A DNA stretch of 64,000 nucleotides, taken from Paragordius varius (Eukaryota > Animalia > Nematomorpha). The position numbers and the translations under genes were made by a program. Shown here piece by piece: positions 1 through 12,000 of this stretch (its first letter is position 1; each line of letters starts with the position of its first letter). Under the pieces are notes generated by a model. It saw only the letters and a program-made list of their open reading frames with translations. It ran no database searches and had not been told where the DNA came from. The stretch spans positions 7,192,001 through 7,256,000 of the forward strand of contig OZ176052.1 in the NCBI GenBank assembly GCA_964247055.1, written 5' to 3'.

Positions 1-1290
1 TTTAATGTTATCCAATGAAAATGATCTCAATTTCATTGAATTGCGTCGTCCAGTCTTCCAAATAATCTTTGCAGTTTGTATAAAACATTTTTATATGGTA
101 CAGGATATCTTGGCGATTCATTAAGCCTTGTTTAGATTATTTATTATATTGCGGATGGTTAATGGTATAAAATTATTTTCTAACCGTTCTTGACAGTGGA
201 ATTTTAGGTTATTAACTTCATTGGCTACTTCAATTGACGAAATTTTGTCACCTTCTATAAACTTATTAACAATTTGAAAGAGAGAAGCTTGATTATGTAA
301 GAATTCTAACCATATTTTTGAAGAATCACTTTCAAAAAACTTTTTTAAAGCTGTAGGACATTTGTCCTGTGATAAAAAAAGATTTTAAATACATTTTCGA
401 TAGCTGGCATAAAAGCTAACCAACGAGTTTCACAATATCCAAGCATTTTTTGATATTGAACTTCTGCATTTTCACAGAATTCTTTAAGCGTTTCAACACG
501 TACCGTGTATATATAAAAATAAGAATATATTTTGACAACTACATTTTCCACATCTAGGGGTAAAAAATCAGCAGCTGTTTGAATAGCGTTGTGTATTATA
601 TGCGCTGCACACCCTACGCCAATAAGGTTTTGATAAAATCTGCTAATTTATGAAAAGTATTTTTTGCTCCCCTCCTTGCTTTTCCACCGAAGTTCGTATT
701 GGTGTTGTCAGCGCAATATGCGATGATTTTGTCTTTTAAATTTATTTTTAGAATATGCATTATTGAAGTAAATATTATTTCGGAATTTTCACCGGGTAGA
801 GAATTAAATCTAAAATTTTAATTTTTACTCCGGTTTCTGGAATCAAAATTTTATTAAAGTGGGAAATAATTTTGTTTCATGGTGATTTGATGCATCAGAG
901 TATAGGGATAAGAAATTAATTTTCAGCACTTTTTGTATTTCAGAAAATGCATGTGGCGAAAGGACATTGCACACAATGGCTTCAGCCTTTGTACGGGCAC
1001 ATAAAATTTTTTTATGGGTCGAATAACCTGTGAGGTACAGTCCATAGATCTACAGGAATGATTGTGATTAACGGCGTGAAAAGATAACACGCCCTCAGCT
1101 AGTGCCAAATTCTTTTCTTCCTCTCCAAAAGCGATTTTTCGAAAAAAATCGCTCATTTTGTAAGATGATGCCGCCATATCTAAACATTTTTTATGTTTCT
1201 GTGTTTCCATTGTTCTAGGGTGAATTCCCCCTCGCATAAAAAACATTTATAATTGATTCATTCTTCGTTTTGATAAGGAAATTTTTCATT
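1..1290 (-). pseudogene. Fragmented hAT transposase (Blackjack copy 1)
   Basis: ORF pieces 923-1246 and 345-551 (YCETRWL motif) are interrupted by stops and frameshifts and are colinear with copies 2 and 3. Confidence 0.85.
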
Positions 1291-1750
1291 AATTAATCGT
1301 TGAATTTACAACCTCTTTTTGTGCTCATATTTATAAACTACTATGAGTATAATAAATATTATATTACCTTAATTTTCTGGAATAAACGTGCAAGGTACCG
1401 ATTTGTGTTATCAATTTGTCTTTTAAGCTACCGATTTGTGGTATTAACTTGGTTTTTTTATAATGATGACAGTAGTAGTAGGAAGCAAAGTGTATAATCA
1501 TATCATATAAATCCGAAAAAAATAAATATTTTTAATTTAAAAATAAAAAATTTTAATTTAAAATTTATATAGATTTTAAAGATATTTAATGATAAAAAAT
1601 TTAAACGGATAAAAAAATTTATTTGTATTAAAAAAATTTTTTTTTATATAATCGTGAAAAAGCGGGACATTTTAAAAACGTAGCGGGACGCGGGACAAAG
1701 TGTGAAAAAGCGGGACTGTCCCGCCAAAAGCGGGACGTCTGGTCACCTTA
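1..1750 (-). mobile_element. hAT-Blackjack-type DNA transposon, decayed; runs off the window start
   Basis: Terminus ...gcgggacgtctggtcacctta ends at 1750, with subterminal gcgggac repeats. Minus-strand hAT fragments (GYCETRWLA; RSMDCTS; CAHIIHNA-like). Near-identical terminus to the complete copy at 16710-18789. Confidence 0.9.
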
Positions 1751-1815
1751 GTCTTTGAACACTTCAAGTTGGTCTTTGAACACCATAAGATGGTCCTTGA
1801 ACACTTCATGTTGGT
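1751..1815. repeat. Three tandem 21-bp units (gtctttgaacacttcaagttg-like)
   Basis: Read directly; starts immediately after the hAT terminus. Confidence 0.8.
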
Positions 1816-1829
1816 TTTTATTTTAAATT

Positions 1830-2916
1830 TTGATTTAACCATAATTTTTGCATGTATATACTGTCGGAAAATAATATCTAAACAATTTTTTTAGATAAAT
1901 ATGTTTTTGATTTAAAAATATTTTTTAAAAAACGATATTCTAATACAATGGCTTCGCCGGCCGCATTTTTAAGTCAAAAAGCACGGCGTTCCGCCTTCGA
2001 AATATATACCGGTATTCATAAATAATTTATTCGTTTTTAGACATAAGGCTGTAAAATATAAACACAATATAAAAAATTTTTAATTCCTTGCCAATTTAAT
2101 ACTCATTTAGAATAATTGCATAAGAAATATGAATTTTACTAAGATTTTGTGGGTATATTTTTGCATATGGATTTGCAAATTTTTGTAGGTCGCACAAAGA
2201 ATCTCGGAAGGCCGCGTTTGGCCACTCCCGAACCAAATAACAAATATTATATAAAGTAGAGTAAATTTTATGTTTAAGATCCAATATGAAGCGTTAAATG
2301 ACCAATTTGAGATAAAAATGGCATAATATTTCTACTTTAAATTTAGTTTAATTTTAATTTATATTTTAATTATATTTTTAACGTTTGACAAAGATTACTA
2401 GTAGTAATCGAAAATTACAATAAATTCATATAATTTTAGCTGAATTATAATTGCAATATAATTTATAATTTTTATTATCCGTAACTATAGACTTTATAAG
2501 TTAGCCTCCAATATTAATGCGAACCATCGATAAAATAAAAAAAATATTAAATATTTTCTTCTTAAAAATTCTTAAAAGCCATAAAATATTCATTCAGTTT
2601 ATAAAATATAACTTTTAAAGAATAAGTCATAAATGATTGTGCATGGGAATATAATGGGAAAAACTGTCATTTAATAATTCTGATTTTATGATAAATAATA
2701 TCCTAATATAACGCTGATAATGGTTAAAAATTATTTTTATATCTTGTTCTGATATTTATCATCTAAAATAAAACCGTTTTATTGACTGGGAAAACGTTTT
2801 TATTGACTGGGAAAACGTTTTTATTGACTGGGGGAACGTTTCGATTGACTGGGAAAACGTTTCGATTGACTGGGAAATTGATTGACTGGGAAAACGTTTT
2901 TTTGACTGGGAAATGG
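1830..2916. mobile_element. 5'-truncated MITE, family M2 (21-bp ttttcccagtcaatcgaaacg arms, AAATGG|TA end), carrying a nested hAT MITE at ~1943-2230
   Basis: Tandem gactgggaaaacgtttcgatt units at 2780-2910 end in aaatgg|ta. The interior is colinear with the complete copy at 23408-24998. Confidence 0.75.
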
Positions 2917-3139
2917 TATAAAAGAATTAACAATATGTGCGTGATAAATAAAAGCTTTTTACGCGAAAAAAATAAGTTTACACATGTTGAAGGGAATACC
3001 TACATGAAAGTTGTTTTTTCATAATGTTTGCTCGTGATCTCATTCATATAATTTTTATATTATTTTCGGAAATTGCTGAAAAATCTTACTTGGAAGTCGT
3101 TATTATTTTTGCATGATATAAATTTAAATTAAAAAAAAT

Positions 3140-3203
3140 CATTAAGGCGCCCCTAAATAACGGCGCCCGGGTGCACCCCCTTGCCCCCCTCGGTACGCCA
3201 CTG
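3140..3203. mobile_element. Solo GC-rich hAT-like terminus (reverse complement CAGTGGCGTACCGAGGGGGGCAAGGGG)
   Basis: GC island ending ...ggtacgccactg; no partner end found. Confidence 0.45.
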
Positions 3204-5166
3204 ATTGCCAATATCGCCAACATGGGCTTCGAAAAATTTAATGATAATACCAATTATCATTTTTTAACGATTTCAATGCAAAAAGGATGTTTCCGTTAGA
3301 AAAGGATAAATTTTTAATTAACTTAGCTGTTTGTTTTTTGTAGATTATGCTATCTATCGCTAGGCTAGTTTAACACAAGAATTCCTTTGCGTGTAATCAG
3401 CAGAGGGTTGCATTCCAAAACAAAATAAGCGAATTCTTAGATTGTAAAGGAGTTTACAAAAATTCATCACCAATTGATAGTTAGTCCTTTGCCAAAATTG
3501 TAAAGAATTAATTCGATTAAAATTTCATAAAATTACCTGGATTATAAAATTTTGTAATCTTTATTTCACTCCTCTAACAATTGCAATGCTGCCAAATATT
3601 TAAAAGTTTATTAAATTTTGCGGTATTTTTTAGCCCTGATCGATTTTGAATTCGAATATCTTATAGAGTTTTTAAGAAATTAAGCCAAAAATATACATTC
3701 TTAGCCTTTTAAGCGCATGATTTTGTTAGAATGCAAAATTGTAAATAATTCTCATCTATTTTCCGCCATTTTTTGAATTAATTTTCAAATCGCTAATACA
3801 GCAGGCATATAAGTGTATATATTAGTTAAAAAAGAAAAATAATTCACGCGCTAAAGCTTTTGAATTAAATTTCATCGGATTTCGAAGCTATCTTTGGACT
3901 CTATATATAGAAGTTATTAAATAGAATTTCTATAAGAACAATGTTTGTTAATTAAATAATTAAAACAATTTTCATACATTAGTTATTTAAAAGTAACATC
4001 TGGGGTACGAAACTACCCAAATTGGTCGCCTAAATAACGAAAGGTTTCATGATTACACTGTGACACAACTTTTTCTGGACTCGATTTTCTAAATATTTTC
4101 TGATTCCTTATAGTATTGTGATCAGATTTGCGTAAAAAATTTTTTTACTTTCCCAGCTCGTTTTCGAGATATGGGACTTTTTCCATATTTGGACATATCC
4201 AAAATTTTCTTGTTTGTAAATATTTTTCGCTATGTAAACGAATAATATGTGGCTTACATAAGTATTTTTACAAGAAATTACCAATTTATCTTCAAAATAA
4301 AAAAAAAATTTACTTAAAATATCCAATACTTTTTGTTTTAGGGGGCAAAAACCCTCAAAAATTGGGTAACTTAACATTTTTTCACACAAATATTTTTTAT
4401 CAATTTATTAAATCAAAACAAACTTTATTATATGTTCTTGGATGTTTATAATGTTTGTTTAAATATAAATATCACTTTGTAATAGCTTTGTGGACTTTTA
4501 TTTTTAAAAATAAATTTAATTTTTACAGCTTTTTTGTTGCTTTTTTTATGTAAAAAATAATTTAATTTAGTCAGCTGTAAATACTAATTTCATTTTTTCA
4601 TCTGAAATTTTTAAATTTTGACCATATATGGTGGCAGATATGTAGATTCGTTTGCTTTATTTTTAAATATTTTAAAATAATATAAAATGGACAATGATTC
4701 TTATATAAATTTGTGATTGAATTCTGAATCGGAAAAATCGTCTGCCTTTTAGATAAGAGAAGAAAACACCTTGATACCATCAAATACATTATATATATAT
4801 ATACTTTAGGGATATGGATGATTTCCTCTTTGTCAAGAGTGCAATCTAAAGAAGCTTATTACCCTGATGAAGTTTTACGATACTCGGAAATGAATTTTTT
4901 TTTAAAATGTTTAATCACCCATAAAATATCAGTTGTTTAGGGAACAGGTATGCTACAGGGAAATCAAAGGAAAGCACCCTCATATACTAAATTATATTTT
5001 TAATAATTTTAACCATATATTCTTAAAAATTTTATTTGGGTTATCGTCTCTTCAGTTAAATTATTTTTTGTCGTTAACGTTTCATTTAATTTAAACTATT
5101 GTCGCTTATCAACAACTCTAATCAACCTTTGTTTTTTGCTGATATATGTTTAAGCATAAATTTAAG

Positions 5167-5365
5167 TTAATGATATTTTACCCCAACCTGTTGGGATCTA
5201 TATTTAACTGATTTGTTTATTCCACCTAGACAATGTATGACATCGCCCAAGTATTTAAAATTATTTACCAATTCGATTTTGGCGTCTGCCACATAAAAGT
5301 ATTTTATTGATAGGTAGTTATATTATCATGACAAAGTACCCAATCGCAACAATTTGTATATCACA
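5167..5365 (-). pseudogene. Decayed non-LTR (RTE-like) reverse-transcriptase fragment inside the Chapaev3 element
   Basis: Minus strand reads KIELVNNFKYLGDVIHCLGGINKSVKYR, resembling the RT C-terminal E.V..F.YLGD.I...GG motif; preceded by a CCDWV-like stretch in another frame. Confidence 0.5.
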
Positions 5366-5612
5366 TCAGCTAATAGATTAGCTTTCAATATGGACGACTG
5401 TGCAGAGAAAATTGAAGAATATGCCTAATAAAATATACCATTAATAAATAATTTCATCATATTATATTGAACTATATGCAAATCCTAATTATAATCAGTT
5501 ATTAGAGTGAATATTTAGAATATATTTTGGTCAAAAGATTTTAAGACATGGATAATCTAATCTAAAATAATAAAGTAAATTAGTAGAAAAAATAAAATAA
5601 TAATTTATTTAT

Positions 5613-7495
5613 TCATATATATATATAATCGCAAATTAAATTTATATTGTTTCGATAGGTTTTTTCGAAGGGTTTCAGAAGCTGGTGACCCTTTTCTCCT
5701 CTTTGGTCACTAATTGAGTCTTTTGGAAAAAAATGTAGATGGGAATCCACCATATGGAGCTTTAGACTCATGCGGCATCCTATAGGATAAAAATTAATAT
5801 AAATGTTTAAAAAACAAATGTATTATAACATACATACCCATCCTATTGAAAGAATCGATTAAACGATTGCCTAAATCCAGATGGTTCTTATTTTTTGTAT
5901 TTCCCAAAAAATTTTGAGAAAAAGTTCGCAATGCAACCCATGCCGCTTTTTCTTTAGGTTGCATTTTAGATTCAAACATAACATCATTGAAAAGATTCGT
6001 AACCTAAAATTAAAAGTATAATACCTGCGGCCCTATCAAAACTGCGGCGTTAATTTTGGCAGGCGTCATCCTGAACTTCCTGAAGTAATGGGCCCAAGCT
6101 TCGCCATTTTTATCGAGACTGCACAAAAATGTTTTGGCCAATCCAAGCAGTGTGTGCAATGGCGGCAAAACAAATTTGTTAGCTGATATTAATGGAGAAT
6201 TAGTTTGATTCTTGGGCCCAACTTCATAAGTTCTGGCGGGCCATTTTTTTTTGTGTAATGGTTATCGGTGTCCCGCGAGTCCCACTCACACAAAGGACAA
6301 AAGAATTTAGGAAATCCTTTCTGTATTCCGTAAAGCAGTCCCATGACCTATAAAAATATTAGAATTTTAGAAACTTTATAATCCCCTGTTACATGCCAAT
6401 AATGGAAGTTGTATCGGAGGAGTTGCAAAATATTTTCAAAATTATCATAGGTTTCCCTATAAACTCGGCTGAATGCTATTAATATTGGCCTGTGCTCTCC
6501 GGCACGGTCCAATAAAAATGCCTTCAAACTTTCCTAAAGATGTAAAATATTATATACCTGAGAAGCGTCTAGAAATAATACCCATTGCGATGAATCATAT
6601 GGATAATTCATTTCCTGCATTAAGCCAATTATATCATGACACCATGATAAATAACTGTTTTCGGAAAAATATTTTCGGAAATTTATTCCTCTATTCCGAA
6701 AACTGGTTATATTGATGTCAGTTAAATTCTTTCGATTAAGAGTCCTCACCATAAGTTCGGACGACCTAATATAATAATATATTAAAAAAATATTTAGCGT
6801 AATCAAAGATAAATACAAAATTTAACTTATATATTTAACGCATTTCAGCTTAAGAAAATTAAAATAAATTATAAAATGCGCAAATCTATTATTTTTTCTA
6901 AAAATACCGTTTTGAGAGATGCAACTTTTTGATTAGAGATATCACCTCAGTGCCACTTAACTTATGAGTATCCTTTATATCTTGCTGATAAAACTCCAAA
7001 TCAGTATCATCCATCATATCAAATAAATCGATATGAATGGTTGGAGATGGTGGTACGGGAAGATCAGTGGAATGATAAACAGGACGAATTGCGCAGGAAA
7101 AGTTTGGATATTCGATAGGTTTTTTATTTTTTTTATTAATATTAATTATATATGCTTTTGGAACTGCACAAAAATAGCATTCGGAGAGATTTCGGTTCTC
7201 GCCATATCATAGGGATACCCCAAGGGAGTCCAGGTCCGGTTTTGTGGTACCAAGCTCCTAAACTAAAGCTACATGTCCAACATACGATGTTCGGGGAACT
7301 CTTATCGAGGTCCCCCATAATAAGTTTGAAATATAAAAAAAAGAGTTTTTTTATGTAAATGGTAATGTTTAGCCGATTAGTTTTTTTTTAGTATTGTCCA
7401 CAGATGTGGCAAACTATATTTTTGTCGGTTGGACACCCTATATATATAGATATATATATATTACTTGGGTTAGAATTATATTTTTTTTTGTACAT
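5613..7495 (-). pseudogene. Chapaev3 transposase, 7 exons (7495-7465, 7437-6908, 6765-6558, 6533-6375, 6347-6025, 6003-5838, 5779-5613); introns 27, 142, 24, 27, 21, 58 nt; about 3 lesions
   Basis: The spliced product shows VCHICG, PNIVCWTC, IPMIWREP, CYFC, WVLFLDASQ|ESLKAFLL, GDYK|VMGLLYGIQKGFPKFFCPLCEWDSR, PPLHTLLGL, GPQ|V, NFLGN, MG|CRMSLKLHMVDSHL, GEKGHQ. Lesions: in-frame TAA at ~7390, indel at ~7183, 1-nt shortfall in the A-run at ~6244-6252. Confidence 0.88.
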
Positions 7496-9075
7496 ATTGA
7501 TATAATAAAATATTCTTGATGAAAAAGATGATATAAAGTGTATTAAAATGAAGGAAATATTTAAAAATTTCAGATGAAAAAATGAAATTAGTATTTACAG
7601 CTGACTAAATTAAATTATTTTTTACATAAAAAAAGCAACAAAAAAGCTGTAAAAATTAAATTTATTTTTAAAAATAAAAGTCCACAAAGCTATTACAAAG
7701 TGATATTTATATTTAAACAAACATTATAAACATCCAATAACATATAATAAAGTTTGTTTTGATTTAATAAATAGATAAAAAATATTTGTGTGAAAAAATG
7801 TTAAGTTACCCAATTTTTGAGGGTTTTTGCCCCCTAAAACAAAAAGTATTGGATATTTTGAGTAAATTTTTTTTTATTTTAAAGATAAATTGATAATTTC
7901 TTGTAAAAATACTTATGTAAGCCACATATTATTCGTTTACATAGCGAAAAATATTTACAAACAAGAAAATTTTGGATATGTCCAAATATGGAAAAAGTCC
8001 CATATCTCGAAAACGAGCTGGGAAAGTATAAAAAATTTTTACGCAAATCTGATCACAATACTATAAGGAATCAGAAAATATTTAGAAAATCGAGTCCAGA
8101 AAATTGACCCCATATTTTGTTGCACAGTGTTATAAAATAAATATTGAGGTCAAAATATTAATTTTATCACATATTTGTAATTTTCGGGAACACCACAAAG
8201 AGTAGGGGGAGGCGGCTAGTGGTCTGCATGTAAGTTTATAATGTTTACAATATGGTAAAAACTAAAGTTACTAATATATGTTTGATAATAATAATTTTTA
8301 AAAAGTTTATCAGAAATCCACAGTATCTATTCTTAATTTATTATTAAATATAAATTGACTTATAAATGATATTATAAAATCAAAGCGGTCGGTTTTATGC
8401 TTCCTAGTCTATATATTTATATCCGATAACTTATGATATGAATTTCAATGTTTAATTTGCTAAGATAATTTTGTAAATTGGTGGTCATATATATATATAT
8501 ATATATGATATAATTTGTCACTTATCCTAAAACAATGCAATTTATGATATATAGAATTGCGTTGCGAGTCGCATGGAGTTAAAATAATTAATAACAAACT
8601 CTTATACAAAGTTAATGGATATTAAGAAAAATACTCTTGTCTCAATTTATTATACTTTTATCTCAAAAAATAAGCTAAACCATCGATATAAACTTTAATT
8701 GACAAAAAAGTTCCATATCAAACTATTTCGGAGCCATTCTCCATTATTTTCGAAAATGATTTTGGGGATTGGGTTAATATTTAAGGGGATCTTTAATTTA
8801 GGTACTTTGAAATCATTAGGACATAAGGGAAGATAGGATAAATTATTTTTTTCTATTTTAGCTCGCTAAAATTTTTGATGAGTGTGAAAATGAGAAATAA
8901 CGAATCATTTAATTTTTTGTATTTTGGAGCATTAATGCTGTATAAGTGTTTTTTGAAATAATTCCCATTAAATTTTTGAAAAATTAATTTTGACAGGCTT
9001 GGGGTTGCCAATTTGTACAAGGAGATTTGGACAAAGTATTAGATTTCTTTTACCGCACTTTGGAAAGTTACCTGT

Positions 9076-12000
9076 ATGGAAGTTTTATCATGCTTTACCT
9101 GGGTACCTCCAGGTTTTGCAGCTGAAAAACCATTAAGAGTAAATATAAATTAATTCTAGATTCAATTGTCTAATAAAGATTTAGCCCAAATATACGAAGA
9201 TGAAATTGAAGATCAAAATGATAATGAAAATATTGAAAATGAGTCAGACTTGGAAGAATTATATCATTTAAATGATTATGATGATACTACCAATTCTAAA
9301 GATAAGTCTTTAAAATTATCAGACATATGCCAATTACAAAATTATAAAAATATATCGTCTGATGACGAGGACTTGGAAGATTGGCTTATTAAGCCCAATG
9401 ATTATTTGATCCCTTGTGGAATTATAGACGAAGTCGGGCAGGGTGTTGTTGAAATTTATGGTATTTATCTTTAATTAGTCAAAATATTTTCTTTTAGAGA
9501 TTGTTTATATATAAATTATACATTATAACAAATTTTTTGTTAAAACAATTTGTTACCATATGTCAGTATTGAAGATATACGACGCCTGTAGGAATTTTGC
9601 AATATATTTTTTTACCAATGTTAAAATGCCTTATTTTGATGAACCAGCTTCTATAGGACCGTTTAGATTAGTCTACTGAATGTTACATTTCTACACCTTC
9701 CAATTATTTGAAAATTGTATTAAATGTCTAACCTATTATAACTTATTGTTTTTAGAATTAATTGTTAGTATTAAAAAAGCATATGTAAATATATATATAG
9801 TAATTAAAATATGCTATGAAGCTTATCTTGATTAAAATGCCAATTAAATTGCTTGTAACCGATGAATTTATAATCGATTTGACATAGTGGTGTTTCTAAT
9901 AAAAATATTTATGATAATATAGGGATCGAATTTGTGTTTAATTTGTTAGGTTTAGGGTTGTTTATTATAATAAAGATTGTAAATAATTTGTTACCGATTA
10001 TCAGATAATAGTACTATATGACATTATTGAGCATTAGTATCATTTTGGATTTTACGCTTAATGTAATAATTATTCAATAATATAATATTCATATTCAAGT
10101 ATATGATAGTTTGTGTTAAGCATTAAGATAAATATAATGATTTTACGTTACCTTAATCTGTCTTAGTTTTTAACTGATTTTGTTACTAAAAATATTATAA
10201 AAAGGGAAGTTGTAGCATTTTTTTGATATATATATATATATATAATATTTGTTTTAAATTTATAACCAGACTTTCGTAGTTTTTTTGAAAATTTAAATCA
10301 TTTATTGATTTATCCCAAAATTAAAATGCAAAACTGGAAATTAAAAATTTGAAATCGTATTGTTATAATATATTTTTTGCAAAAAAAATATTTATACATA
10401 TATTTATTACAACAGTTTACAATGAGGTCGAAGATTCCTTTTACGTACACCATGATATATCCCTCGATTCGATTCCCTTATCATGTGAATGGCTTTCTTT
10501 ACCTTCTTTGGGAAAGACCACTAATCAAGAATTCAAAAGCGGTATATATTTAACATGTATAAAATATTTTAAATTCTTTTATTTCTTACAATATAAGTCG
10601 TAATGTTCTACAAATTCTTATATTTTACGTTCATATCTTTTTTCCATTACAGTTTATATGATTATGTTAACGATAAATAATTTTTACACATATAACAAAC
10701 TAGAAATTTTTAATTATATTAGCAAATAAAAAATTTTTGACTATGTTCTTATTAATCATTATTTTGCCACTTTTTTGGTTTAGTGATTGACTTAATTTTG
10801 AATATATCAAATAATTATTATAAAATGGCAGAAATCGGTAAAGGACATGTGGAAAATATCATTAAATAATTATTCATCATATGTAAAAAAATTATGTCAA
10901 ATGCTTTAAAAATATATTATATAAAAAATATATTATAATACTTTTTTCTCGTCTAAATAGTTGGATCATTGATATAGAAATATTTTAGATTTTAAATTTA
11001 TTACATATTGGACAAGACAGATAAATTGATAATAAAATTAGATATCGGTCCATTACAACTTTAGAAATTCACAATTAAACCAGTCAATTATTACTTAGAC
11101 AAAATATGTTGTAAAATATTTTAAATTAGCCTATTAATAAATTACATATATAGATTTGTTGATATTTGAACCCATTTATCAAATTTTTAAACATTACATT
11201 TTACATTTTTGTTACCAAATTAAAATTTTTGTCACATTTTAAAACGGAACACAATCATTGAATTTAGCAATTCACTCGTAACAGGTCATATTTGATTCTC
11301 TAATATATATATATATATATATATATATTTATTTTCTTTATATTCTAGAGATTGAGAATAACGAAAAAGATGCAAAAAACCTTTTAGCAATCGGTTTAAA
11401 ATCCTGTTCTTATATTGGCGTTTGGGATTTGGATGTTGATGGAGCATTAGAACCGATTCTCAAATTACGTTTCGTTGGCAAAGATAATGTATGTTATATG
11501 ATTTGTGTTAATTTTAATAACAATTAACATACAAGTTTTATGTATGATTAAATGAAATATCTTTTACCATAAATTAATGTAGAAACGTTTTTATCTTGTT
11601 TTTAGGGATAGAGACCGGTCCTGTTAGACCGTGACTGTGATTGTTTTAAAATTATATAGTAAATAAAAAAATTCTGGTATATTTGTATTACATTATATGG
11701 AAAAAAACAAAATAGTAATGGTACAACACCGAATAAAATTAGAAATTTCTCACATTTTTGCAACAAATTATTAACATTCATAAAAACAAATCGATTGGCT
11801 AATTTTGCTCTGTATTAATATTCAATACAACTTATATTTTAAATTATGTTGTGTTTGATTGAATGGTTATAACCTTGGAGTGAATAACTAGTATAATTTA
11901 AAGCGGTCACAGGCCAGATTTTTCAATCACCGGTCAAAAAATCCAACCCTAGTTTATATTACTTACCATGTTTTTAGAAGCGTGTAAAACGTGACATAAC

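Larger units (their letters stand above)
4056..8129 (-). mobile_element. Chapaev3 (CMC superfamily) DNA transposon with ~560-bp TIRs and TTA target-site duplication
   Basis: tta|CACTGTG...CACAGTG|tta. Arms 4056-~4616 and ~7559-8129 are near-perfect inverted copies. Internal transposase carries Chapaev motifs. CAC termini plus a TWA TSD are the established Chapaev3 signature. Confidence 0.9.

Noticed and set aside
2782-3024. ORFs with 7-aa repeats (LTGKTFR, IDWENVS, LVEKMLL) at 2782, 23354, 24704, 24822, 42716 and 42755
   Set aside because: They are translations of 21-bp tandem units in MITE arms, not genes.
4108-4451. ORFs inside the Chapaev3 TIR and inside the Helitron arms (36441-36744)
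   Set aside because: They lie within inverted repeats, have low-complexity composition and show no motifs.
4864-4895. CTGATGA...GAAA as another hammerhead
   Set aside because: No closing stem II pair, and no stem III or cleavage triplet.
9139-9159. Ciliate-type code (TAA/TAG = Gln) as an alternative to tiny introns
   Set aside because: Reconstructed exons contain no TAA/TAG, genes end in TAA, and readthrough would insert residues into conserved motifs.
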